Part shown: in pieces, positions 37,953 through 46,115 of the stretch
Layout of the letters: the number at the start of each line of letters is the position of its first letter
Numbering within the stretch: position 1 is the first letter of the stretch
Assembly: GCA_963635145.1 (NCBI GenBank)
Contig: CAVHFE010000003.1
Span: 23,357 to 87,356, forward strand
DNA: 64,000 bases
Direction of reading: 5' to 3'
Source of the DNA: Oscillospiraceae bacterium
Lineage (GTDB): Bacteria > Actinomycetota > Coriobacteriia > Coriobacteriales > Eggerthellaceae
Program-made: the position numbers and the translations under genes
Notes under the pieces: generated by a model
Told to the model about the DNA's origin: nothing
What the model saw: only the letters and a program-made list of their open reading frames with translations
Database searches by the model: none

Positions 37953-39043
37953 TGGGCAAGGTCAGGAAATCGCAGGATGCCCTCGACGGCATCATCCCTT
38001 ACGACCCTAAGTACCTGCCTGCGCGCGTTCTTCTTTCCGCCAACGAGAACCCTAACTCCGTGCCTGCGGTAGTTGAGGAGGAGATTCTTGCCGGCTTGAA
38101 GGGATTCGCTTTCAACCGCTATCCCGATCCTTTGGCAAACGAGCTGCGCGATTTGATTGCCGAGCGCGAGAACGAGTCTTTCGAGGCTGCGGGCGCAGAT
38201 GTGCGCTTCAGCCGCGAGAACGTGCTGGTGGGCAACGCCGGCGACGAGTTGCTGTTCGATTTCTCGCTGGCGTGGGGCGGCCCTGGGCGCACGCTTTTGA
38301 ACGTGGTGCCCACTTTCAGCGTGTACGCCGCCAACTCCGAGCTCACGGGCACGCGCGTGGTCGAGGTGCCGCGTCGTGCGGACTACTCGCTTGACGAGGA
38401 AGCTGTGATTGCGCGCGTTGCGCAGGGCGATATCGACCAGGTGGTTATCACGAGCCCCAACAACCCCACGGGCGATGTTGTGTCCGAGGAATTTATGCGG
38501 CGTTTGCTTGCTGCGACCGATGCGCTGGTGATGCTCGACGAGGCCTACATCGAGTTCGCCGAGGGGAGCCTGGCGCACCTGATCGCCGAGCATGAGAACT
38601 TGCTTGTGCTGCGCACTTTCTCCAAGGCCTATAGCTGCGCGGGCGTTCGTTTGGGTTACATCCTGGCTCAGCCGAGCGTCATCACCGAGTTCATCAAGGT
38701 GCGCCAACCCTATTCGGTCGACGCGATTTCCCAGTTGGTTGGGCGTGCCGTGGTTCGCAACAGCGATGCCTTCGTGCCTGGTATCCAGGCTATCAAAGAG
38801 CAGCGCGCCCTGATGCTGGAAGAGGTGCGCGTGCTCGGCGTGGAAGCCTATGATTCCCACGCCAACTTCATCCTGGTGCGCATCCCCGGTGCCGACAAAG
38901 TATGGGAAGCTCTGTACGAGCGCGGCATCCTAGTGCGCGACTTCAGCCACTCCAAGGGCCTGGAGAACTGCTTGCGCCTAACCGTAGGTACCGCCGCCGA
39001 AAACCAAGAATTCTTATCCGCTCTCCGCGAGATTTTGGCCTAG
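37952..39043 (+). CDS. hisC: Histidinol-phosphate aminotransferase
   Basis: LSANENP, NRYPDP, SPNNPTG, DEAYIEF, LRTFSKAY..AGVRLGY; TAATG overlap with hisD. Confidence 0.95.
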   Translation: MGKVRKSQDALDGIIPYDPKYLPARVLLSANENPNSVPAVVEEEILAGLKGFAFNRYPDPLANELRDLIAERENESFEAAGADVRFSRENVLVGNAGDELLFDFSLAWGGPGRTLLNVVPTFSVYAANSELTGTRVVEVPRRADYSLDEEAVIARVAQGDIDQVVITSPNNPTGDVVSEEFMRRLLAATDALVMLDEAYIEFAEGSLAHLIAEHENLLVLRTFSKAYSCAGVRLGYILAQPSVITEFIKVRQPYSVDAISQLVGRAVVRNSDAFVPGIQAIKEQRALMLEEVRVLGVEAYDSHANFILVRIPGADKVWEALYERGILVRDFSHSKGLENCLRLTVGTAAENQEFLSALREILA

Positions 39044-39115
39044 CCCGCCCCGCGGGTCGCCGCGGGGCGGCAGCGCAGGCATGCCAAACCCGAGTTTCGT
39101 CAAACATCAATAAAC

Positions 39116-39150
39116 AAAAGGGAGGCACCGGAAATCCCGGCGCCTCCCTT
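39116..39150. terminator. Terminator between convergent hisC and fba
   Basis: AAGGGAGGC.CCGG-loop-CCGG.GCCTCCCTT with A-run on the left. Confidence 0.65.
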
Positions 39151-39183
39151 GCTTGCGACTCTGGGTTGAGCCTAGCCTCTTGG

Positions 39184-40056
39184 CTACTTGTCCCAGCCTT
39201 TGCCGGTGCAGCCGAACTGCTCGAGCAGTTCCTTGGCGCGGGCGACGACGGCCTCGGTGCCGGGCTTCAGGACCTTGCGGGGGTCGTAGCCCTTGCCTTC
39301 CTTGTCCTTGCCAGCCTCGATGTACTCGCGGACAGCCTTGGTGAAGACAACCTGAAGGTCGGTGTTGACGTTGATCTTGGAGACGCCCATGCTGATGGCC
39401 TTTGCAACCTGATCCTGGGGGATGCCGGTGCCGCCGTGCAACACCAGGGGTAGATCGCCGACGAGCGCCTTGATCTCGGACAGGCGGTCGAAGGAAAGGC
39501 CGGCCCAGTTCTTGGGGTACAGGCCGTGGATGTTACCGATGCCGCAGGCCAGGAAATCGATGCCCGTGTCGGCGATGATCTTGCACTGCTCGGGATCGGC
39601 CAGCTCGCCGTTGGAGGTGACGCCGTCCTCGGTGCCGCCGATACCGCCGACTTCGGCCTCGATGGAGATGCCCTTGCCATGAGCCAGGGCGACGAGCTCC
39701 TTGGTGCGCTCAAGGTTGGTCTCGAAATCGTCGTGCGAGCCGTCGTACATGATGGAGGTGAAGCCGGCCTCGATGGCCTTGAAGCAATCCTCGTAAGTGC
39801 CGTGATCAAGGTGCAGGGCAACGGGCACGGTGATGTTCATGGTCTCGACCATGGTGGCAACCTGGGTTGCGACCACCTTGTAGCCGGTCATCCACTTTGC
39901 GGCGCCTGCGGAGCACTCGATGATGACGGGGGACTGGGTTTCCTCTGCTGCGGTAAGGATGGACTTGGTCCATTCAAGATTGTTGGTGTTGAACGCGGGA
40001 ATCGCGTAATGGCCCTTTTCGGCGGCCTGAAGCATTGCGGTTGCGCTGACGAGCAT
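39184..40056 (-). CDS. fba: Class II fructose-1,6-bisphosphate aldolase
   Basis: PAFNTNNLEW, LHLDHG, MYDGSH, GNIHG, LVLHGGTG, KINVNT, YDPRK. Confidence 0.95.
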   Translation of the reverse strand: MLVSATAMLQAAEKGHYAIPAFNTNNLEWTKSILTAAEETQSPVIIECSAGAAKWMTGYKVVATQVATMVETMNITVPVALHLDHGTYEDCFKAIEAGFTSIMYDGSHDDFETNLERTKELVALAHGKGISIEAEVGGIGGTEDGVTSNGELADPEQCKIIADTGIDFLACGIGNIHGLYPKNWAGLSFDRLSEIKALVGDLPLVLHGGTGIPQDQVAKAISMGVSKINVNTDLQVVFTKAVREYIEAGKDKEGKGYDPRKVLKPGTEAVVARAKELLEQFGCTGKGWDK

Positions 40057-40208
40057 AAAAGACCTCGGTTCTGCTGCGGTTGCCAATAATTACCTGCCAG
40101 TTTACCAGCAACGCGGCGCTGCGTCCCTGCCAGAAGCCAGGCTTGCACGGATTTTTCACCGCCAAATCCGCAAGTTTTCCGCACGGAATGTTTTAACAGC
40201 CTCGAAAC

Positions 40209-40228
40209 CACTCGAGCGCGCTAAAGCG
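40209..40228 (+). promoter_or_regulatory. Second HisR-like site upstream of hisB
   Basis: CACTCGAGCGCGCTAAAGCG matches 34690-34709 (CACTCTACTGTGCTAAAGTG) at 15/20 positions. Confidence 0.45.
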
Positions 40229-40399
40229 TTGACAGCGTGCCATAATGAGCACCCGTGCGGGACGCACAAGCGAGCGCATCGCGCGCGTACGCGTGCCGTG
40301 CGCATCAACGCATCGAAGAAGTCCAAAGCGGCCGCTCGCGGCCTAAGGCTGTTCCCGGTCTCGCTTTGGCACCCAATAGTTTGTTTGAAAGGTAAGGTC

Positions 40400-40990
40400 A
40401 TGAACCGCGTTGCTGAGATAAGCCGCAAAACCAAGGAAACGGACATCCAGGTCAAAATCGATTTGGACGGCACCGGCGTCACCGACATCGACACCGGCGT
40501 TCCCTTTTTCGACCACATGCTCGACGCCTTCGGGCGCCACGGACTGTTCGATTTGACGCTCCATTGCAAGGGCGACATCGAGGTCGACGCTCACCACACG
40601 GTGGAGGATTGCGGCATCGTGCTTGGTCAGGCGATCAAGCAGGCAATCGGCGACAAGAAGGGCATCGTGCGCTACGGTTCGAGCCTCTTGCCCATGGACG
40701 AGACCTTGATCCTGGCAGCTGTGGACTTCAGTGGTCGCGGCAGCTGCTACCCGAGCCTTAACATCTTGGCCGAGCAGGTGGGCAATTTCGACACCGAGCT
40801 GGGCCAGGAGTTCTTCATCGCGCTCGCCAGCAACGCCGACATCACCTTGCACGTGCGCCAGATCGCGGGCGTCAACTCCCACCACGTTTTGGAGGCCAGC
40901 TTCAAGGCCGTCACGCGCGCCCTTAAAGAAGCGGTGGCCATCGATCCGCGCATTGCCGACGTCGTTCCCAGCACCAAAGGGGCGCTTTAA
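40400..40990 (+). CDS. hisB: Imidazoleglycerol-phosphate dehydratase
   Basis: RKTKETDI, FFDHML, DAHHTVED, PMDE, NSHH..EASFKA, PSTKG. Confidence 0.97.
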   Translation: MNRVAEISRKTKETDIQVKIDLDGTGVTDIDTGVPFFDHMLDAFGRHGLFDLTLHCKGDIEVDAHHTVEDCGIVLGQAIKQAIGDKKGIVRYGSSLLPMDETLILAAVDFSGRGSCYPSLNILAEQVGNFDTELGQEFFIALASNADITLHVRQIAGVNSHHVLEASFKAVTRALKEAVAIDPRIADVVPSTKGAL

Positions 40991-41658
40991 TGGCGGCCCG
41001 CATCTGCGTCATCGATTATCGCCGCGGCAACCTGGCAAGCGTTCATCGCGGGCTGGTCGACTGCGGTTTCGATGCCTTCATCAGCGATAAGGCCGAAGAT
41101 ATCCTTCAGGCGGACGGGCTTTTGCTTCCTGGCGTCGGCTCTTTTGCCGATGCCATGGCCTTCCTTAACGAAAGCGGTCAGGCCGAAGCCATCAAGAAGC
41201 GTGTGGCCGAAGGCGCTCCCTTCTTGGGGATCTGCCTTGGCTTGCAGCTTTGCTACGAGCGCGGCGACGAGGGCTGCCCCGAGGGCGAGTGGATGGAAGG
41301 CCTGGGGCTGATCCCCGGCCAGGTTGTGCGCATGCCCTCGCATACCGAGGACGGCCGCAAGCTCAAGGTGCCACACGTTGGTTGGAACTCGGTGCACGTC
41401 GAGGGCGAGAACCCCCTGTTCAAGGGCATTCCCAACGATTCCTATTTCTACTTCACCCATTCCTACATCGGCGAGCCGGCGGACGAGGCTGACGTGGCCG
41501 CAACGACCGAGCATGCCCAGCGCTTCGTCAGCTCTATTTGGCACGGCAATGTTTTCGCGACCCAGTTCCATCCGGAGAAATCCTCGGCCTTGGGCATGAA
41601 ACTCTTCGCCAACTTCGGCGAGCTGGTTGAACGCTACGCGCAAGGAGGCCGCGCATGA
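40990..41658 (+). CDS. hisH: Imidazole glycerol phosphate synthase glutaminase subunit
   Basis: LPGVGSF, LGICLGLQ, VPHVGWN, FYFTHSY, QFHPEKS. Confidence 0.96.
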   Translation: MAARICVIDYRRGNLASVHRGLVDCGFDAFISDKAEDILQADGLLLPGVGSFADAMAFLNESGQAEAIKKRVAEGAPFLGICLGLQLCYERGDEGCPEGEWMEGLGLIPGQVVRMPSHTEDGRKLKVPHVGWNSVHVEGENPLFKGIPNDSYFYFTHSYIGEPADEADVAATTEHAQRFVSSIWHGNVFATQFHPEKSSALGMKLFANFGELVERYAQGGRA

Positions 41659-42398
41659 TTTTGGTACCTGCCATCGACATCCTGGACGGCAAGGCGGTGC
41701 GCCTGAAGAAGGGCGACTACAACCAGGTGACGGTGTACAACGAGGACGCGGTTGCTCAAGCGCGCGCCTTCGCCGACGCTGGAGCCGAGCGCATCCACAT
41801 CGTCGATTTGGACGGCGCGCGCGACGGTGCCCCCACCAACATGGAACTCATCAAGTCCATGATCGCCGGCTTGGATGTGGAAATCGAGGTGGGCGGCGGC
41901 ATTCGTTCCATGGATGCCATCGAGCGTTACGTCGAGGCAGGCGTGCGCCGCGTGGTCTTGGGCTCGGCCCTGGTGAAGGATCGCGGCTTCGCCGAGCAGG
42001 CGGCTGCCAAGTACGGCGAGCTTATCGTTGCGGGCATCGATGCCAAGGACGGCATCGTGGCCACCGAGGGCTGGCTCGACACCGCCGACGGCGTGCCCGC
42101 CGAGCGGCTTATCGCCGAGCTCGCCGACATGGGCATCACCAACCTGGTGTACACCGACATCGCGCGCGACGGCATGCAAACGGGCATCGATGCCGAGGCT
42201 TACGCCGCCATGGCGCGCAAGTGCCCCAGTGTCAAGATCACCGCTTCCGGCGGCTTGGCCAGCCTGGACGACCTGCGCAACCTGATGGCCACCGGCGCCA
42301 ACATCGACGGCGCCATTACGGGCCGCGCCATCTACGAGGGCGCGTTCACCGTTGAAGAAGGGATAGCCGCCATCCGTGAGGCCGAGGCTACCCTGTAG
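41655..42398 (+). CDS. hisA: ProFAR isomerase
   Basis: PAIDI.DGKAVRL.KGDY, HIVDLDGA, EVGGGIR, YTDIARDGM, ASGG. Confidence 0.96.
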   Translation: MILVPAIDILDGKAVRLKKGDYNQVTVYNEDAVAQARAFADAGAERIHIVDLDGARDGAPTNMELIKSMIAGLDVEIEVGGGIRSMDAIERYVEAGVRRVVLGSALVKDRGFAEQAAAKYGELIVAGIDAKDGIVATEGWLDTADGVPAERLIAELADMGITNLVYTDIARDGMQTGIDAEAYAAMARKCPSVKITASGGLASLDDLRNLMATGANIDGAITGRAIYEGAFTVEEGIAAIREAEATL

Positions 42399-42553
42399 CC
42401 CAAGGCCTTGTCGGGCAGGCACCCCATCGGATAGGGCGCGCCGCCCAGCCAATGTCCGCGCCGCCCGGCCGCACCTGCCCCGGCCCCCCAGCAGGCGCAA
42501 CTCGCAAGCCCACCCGGCCTGCCATCGCTTACCAGTAATGAAAGGAAGGAATC

Positions 42554-43318
42554 GTGCTCACCAAGCGTGTCATTCCTTGTTTGGATGTGAAAAACGGTCG
42601 CGTCGTCAAAGGCGTGAACTTCGTCAACCTGCGCGACGCGGGCGACCCTGTTGAGCTTGCGGCCGAATATGACCGCCAGGGCGCCGACGAGGTGGTGTTC
42701 CTTGACATCACGGCCACCCACGAGGGCCGCAAGACCACCATCGATATGGCCTCGCGCGCCTCTGCCGAGGTGCATATTCCCTATGCCGTGGGCGGCGGCT
42801 TCCGCGAGCTGGCCGACATGCGCACGATGATCGCTGCGGGCGCCGACAAGGTGAGTCTGAACTCGGCTGCCATCGCCGACCCATCCCTTATCACGGCGGG
42901 TGCCCGCGCCTTCGGCAGCCAGGCGGTCCTGGTGGCCATCGACGCCAAGCGCGTGCCCGGCAACCCCAATAAATGGACGGCCTACATCCACGGCGGCCGC
43001 AAGGACACCGGCATCGATGCGGTTGAGTGGGCCGCCGAGGCCGCCAAGCGCGGCGCCGGCGAGATTCTTCTTACCTCCATGGATTGCGACGGCTCAAAAG
43101 ACGGCTTCGACCTGGCGCTTACCCGTGCGGTGGCCCGTGCGGTCGACATCCCCGTCATCGCGTCAGGCGGCGTGGGCAAGCTCGAGCACTTCGCCGAGGG
43201 CATCATCGAGGGCGAGGCCGATGCGGTTTTGGCGGCGAGCGTCTTCCATTTCGGCGAGCTCACCGTTCGCGAGGTCAAGGAATACATGGCGGCGCAGGGA
43301 ATCCCCGTTCGCCTCTAG
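42554..43318 (+). CDS. hisF: Imidazole glycerol phosphate synthase cyclase subunit
   Basis: [53 protein letters not shown]. Confidence 0.97.
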   Translation: MLTKRVIPCLDVKNGRVVKGVNFVNLRDAGDPVELAAEYDRQGADEVVFLDITATHEGRKTTIDMASRASAEVHIPYAVGGGFRELADMRTMIAAGADKVSLNSAAIADPSLITAGARAFGSQAVLVAIDAKRVPGNPNKWTAYIHGGRKDTGIDAVEWAAEAAKRGAGEILLTSMDCDGSKDGFDLALTRAVARAVDIPVIASGGVGKLEHFAEGIIEGEADAVLAASVFHFGELTVREVKEYMAAQGIPVRL

Positions 43319-43379
43319 CTTCGCAAATGCTGCATAATAAGGGGTAGCTTTTATCCGGCCTTGCTGATGGGAGGGCATC

Positions 43380-43634
43380 ATGGAGCACAACGAGCAGGAA
43401 AAGCGCCTGCAGCCGGGCGACGCCGGTTTCACGCGCGGCGGCAAGCGTCGTCAGGGCACAAGCACCTATTACAGCCGCAGGCAAAGCGCGCAGGCCATGG
43501 GCGAGGATGCCCATTTAACCGCTCAGCGCCTGGAGCAGTCTCAGGCGCGCACGCGCACGCAGAAGAGCGCCATCGCCAAGGCCGCCGAGGGCAATGGCAT
43601 CATCGGCAAGATCTCCGGACTCTTCAGGCGCTAG
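43380..43634 (+). CDS. Small hypothetical protein (84 aa) with amphipathic C-terminus
   Basis: GGAGGG RBS, GC3-biased codons, ends 3 nt before hisI; no recognised family. Confidence 0.65.
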   Translation: MEHNEQEKRLQPGDAGFTRGGKRRQGTSTYYSRRQSAQAMGEDAHLTAQRLEQSQARTRTQKSAIAKAAEGNGIIGKISGLFRR

Positions 43635-43637
43635 CGT

Positions 43638-43985
43638 ATGGCGGTTTCCGAAGTTGCCGATCTTAGCATCGACGAGCTTTGCTTCAACGAGGCGGGGCTC
43701 ATCCCCTGCATCGTTCAAGACGATGCGACGGGCGATGTTTTGATGATGGCCTGGATGAATAAGGAATCGCTGCGCCGTACCCTGGAGCAACGGACCACCT
43801 GGTTTTGGAGTCGCAGCCGCGGCAAGTTCTGGCATAAAGGCGAGGAATCGGGCAACACGCAAAAGCTCGTGTCGCTTTCCTATGATTGCGACGCCGACTG
43901 CCTTCTTGCACGCGTCGTGCCCGCGGGGCCCGCATGTCATACCGGCCAGCGCACTTGCTTCTACCGTAGCTTCAAGCTGGATTAA
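43638..43985 (+). CDS. hisI: Phosphoribosyl-AMP cyclohydrolase (stand-alone)
   Basis: [44 protein letters not shown]. Confidence 0.96.
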   Translation: MAVSEVADLSIDELCFNEAGLIPCIVQDDATGDVLMMAWMNKESLRRTLEQRTTWFWSRSRGKFWHKGEESGNTQKLVSLSYDCDADCLLARVVPAGPACHTGQRTCFYRSFKLD

Positions 43986-44071
43986 TTCCCGGCACCAAAC
44001 GGTGCGGTAAACCTATGCGATGTTGAGCAACCGATGCGCCCGTGCGGTGCATCGTACGAAAGGATGAACGA

Positions 44072-44452
44072 ATGGCTTTTGTCGATCTTTTGGGAATCGA
44101 GGTGCTCGAAAGCACGCCCGAGCGCTACGTCATGCACACCAAGGTCACCGAGGATATGCTGCAGCCCCACGGGGTTTTGCACGGCGGCATCAGCGCCGCG
44201 CTTGCCGAGCACGCCGCAAGTCAGGTGAACACCGATCACTCCGACCCGAACGAGGTGCATTGGCTGGGCGTCGAGGTTTCGAGCAAGCATCTGCTCCCCG
44301 TTTTCGAGGGCGACACCGTTGAGACCATCGCCGAGCCCCTTTCCCTGGGCGGCCGCATCCGTCAGTGGGAGGTCAAGCAGTATCGCCTGTCCGACGGCAA
44401 GCTCTTCAACGTCTCCCACATGATCATGTACGGACAGAAGCAGCGTCACTAA
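44072..44452 (+). CDS. PaaI-family hotdog-fold thioesterase
   Basis: LLGIEV...QPHGVLHGGISAALAE, GVEVSSKHL. Confidence 0.88.
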   Translation: MAFVDLLGIEVLESTPERYVMHTKVTEDMLQPHGVLHGGISAALAEHAASQVNTDHSDPNEVHWLGVEVSSKHLLPVFEGDTVETIAEPLSLGGRIRQWEVKQYRLSDGKLFNVSHMIMYGQKQRH

Positions 44453-44704
44453 ACGCTCGTGCTTTGGCGCAGTGCCATAGGTGCCCGCGCCATCGAAAAG
44501 GCCGGCTGCAGCGTCTTCGACCTGCTACCAACTTTCTCATTCAAAGCCCGCTTGGGCGGCAGCGCCGTCTTCGCGGGCTTCTTTTTGTCCGGATGGTCAT
44601 TTCGCTTAGCTGTCCTGCCGCCGGCCATGTGTGCGAACTTTGGGCTATGCATCGTTTGGCGAAAAGGGCTATACTTCTTTTCTGCATCGCTTGTTGGCGG
44701 TGCT

Positions 44705-45000
44705 TATGCGACGACGAAGACAGTGCGCGTCGTGGGCGATTTCCCAGAGAGGGTCCGTTGGCTGAAAGGGCCTAGATCGCAGATGCGCAATTCACTTCAT
44801 CAGCAGCGAACTGAACGCTTTCGCGCCTACCTGTCGGGCACCCCGCAGGCAGGTTCAAAAGCCAGTAGGCAAGCCGGGCGGCCCCCGTTATCGGGTCCAA
44901 TGAGTGGGCGCAGCTCCAGCCTATGAAGCTCGCGTCAAACAAGGTGGTACCACGGGAGTCCCTCTCGTCCTTGCGTAAAGGACAAGAGGGACTCTTTTTT
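44705..45000 (+). ncRNA. T-box leader (Phe specifier) with intrinsic terminator
   Basis: Stem I AGAGA bulge and GCTGAAA loop; specifier TTC at 44791-44793; T-box AAGGTGGTACCACGG at 44941-44955; terminator AGTCCCTCT..GTCCTT/AAGGAC..AGAGGGACT-TTTTTT; directly upstream of pheS. Confidence 0.92.
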
Positions 45001-45020
45001 ATTCGGAAAGGTATGGAGGA

Positions 45021-46103
45021 ATGGCAATCATCGATGACATCACAGCCCTCCACAAGGAAACGCTCGAGCGCATCGGCGCAATCGGCGATTCCAAGGAGCT
45101 CGAGGCTATCCGCGTCGAGGTCGTGGGCAAGGCTGGCAGTTTGACCGGTTACCTGCGTTCAATGGGCCAGGTGGCAAAAGAACATCGCGCGCAGATCGGC
45201 AAGTCGGTCAACCTGGCGCGCAACGAGATCGAAGCTGCGCTCGAGGCCAAGAAGGCCGAGCTGTCCGCGCGCGAGATGGAGGCGCGCATCGCAGCAAGCG
45301 CTGTTGACGTGACCCTGCCCGGCCGCTCCCAGCAGGTTGGCACGCGCCATCTTATCAACGCCATCAGCGACGAGATCTCCGAGCTCTTCTTGGGCCTGGG
45401 CTACACGGTACTCACCGGCCCCGAAGTCGAGACCGACTGGTACAACTTCACGGCCCTGAACGCCCCCGAGGATCATCCTTCCCGCGGCCTGGCCGACACC
45501 TTCTACGTCAAGGACAACACCGGCGCCGAGACCGCGGTTAAGGGCGAGTCCGCCGTGTTGCTGCGCACGCAGACCTCTGGCGTCCAGGTGCACGCCATGG
45601 AAGATCGCGAGCTGCCCATCTACATCATTGCTCCCGGCAAGGTGTATCGCCGCGACGTGGCCGACCCGAGCCATTTGCCCCAGTTCCATCAGTGTGAAGG
45701 CCTGGTCATCGATAAGAACATCACCTTCGGCGACCTGAAGGGCACGCTCGATTACTTCTGCAAGCAGATTTTCGGCCCCGATCGCAAGACGCGCTTCCGT
45801 GCGCATTATTTCCCCTTTACCGAGCCTTCCGCCGAGGCCGACGTGAGCTGCGGCGTGTGCGGCGGCACGGGTCACCTGCACGACGGCGAGAAGTGCCGCA
45901 TGTGCAAGGGTACCGGCTGGATCGAGATCCTGGGCTGCGGCATGGTCGACCCCAACGTTTTGGAGATGTCGGGCATCGACCCCGAGGAATACTCCGGTTT
46001 CGCGTTCGGCGTCGGCATCGAGCGCGTTGCCTGCTTGAAATACAACGTCCCCGACCTGCGCATGCTTCTTGAAGGCGATATGCGCTTCCTGCGTCAGTTC
46101 TAG
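45021..46103 (+). CDS. pheS: Phenylalanine--tRNA ligase alpha subunit
   Basis: DVTLPG, NFTALN, LLRTQTS, FHQCEGL, YFPFTEPSAE, WIEILGCGMV, GFAFGVGIER. Confidence 0.98.
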   Translation: MAIIDDITALHKETLERIGAIGDSKELEAIRVEVVGKAGSLTGYLRSMGQVAKEHRAQIGKSVNLARNEIEAALEAKKAELSAREMEARIAASAVDVTLPGRSQQVGTRHLINAISDEISELFLGLGYTVLTGPEVETDWYNFTALNAPEDHPSRGLADTFYVKDNTGAETAVKGESAVLLRTQTSGVQVHAMEDRELPIYIIAPGKVYRRDVADPSHLPQFHQCEGLVIDKNITFGDLKGTLDYFCKQIFGPDRKTRFRAHYFPFTEPSAEADVSCGVCGGTGHLHDGEKCRMCKGTGWIEILGCGMVDPNVLEMSGIDPEEYSGFAFGVGIERVACLKYNVPDLRMLLEGDMRFLRQF

Positions 46104-46115
46104 GGAGGGCCCGAA

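Noticed and set aside
42399..42553. GC-rich spacer between hisA and hisF as a possible ncRNA or repeat element
   Set aside because: No convincing extended stem and no second copy noticed in the window
45845..45915. CxxC...CxxC zinc-ribbon insert in PheS
   Set aside because: Common in PheS of many Gram-positive bacteria; not unusual
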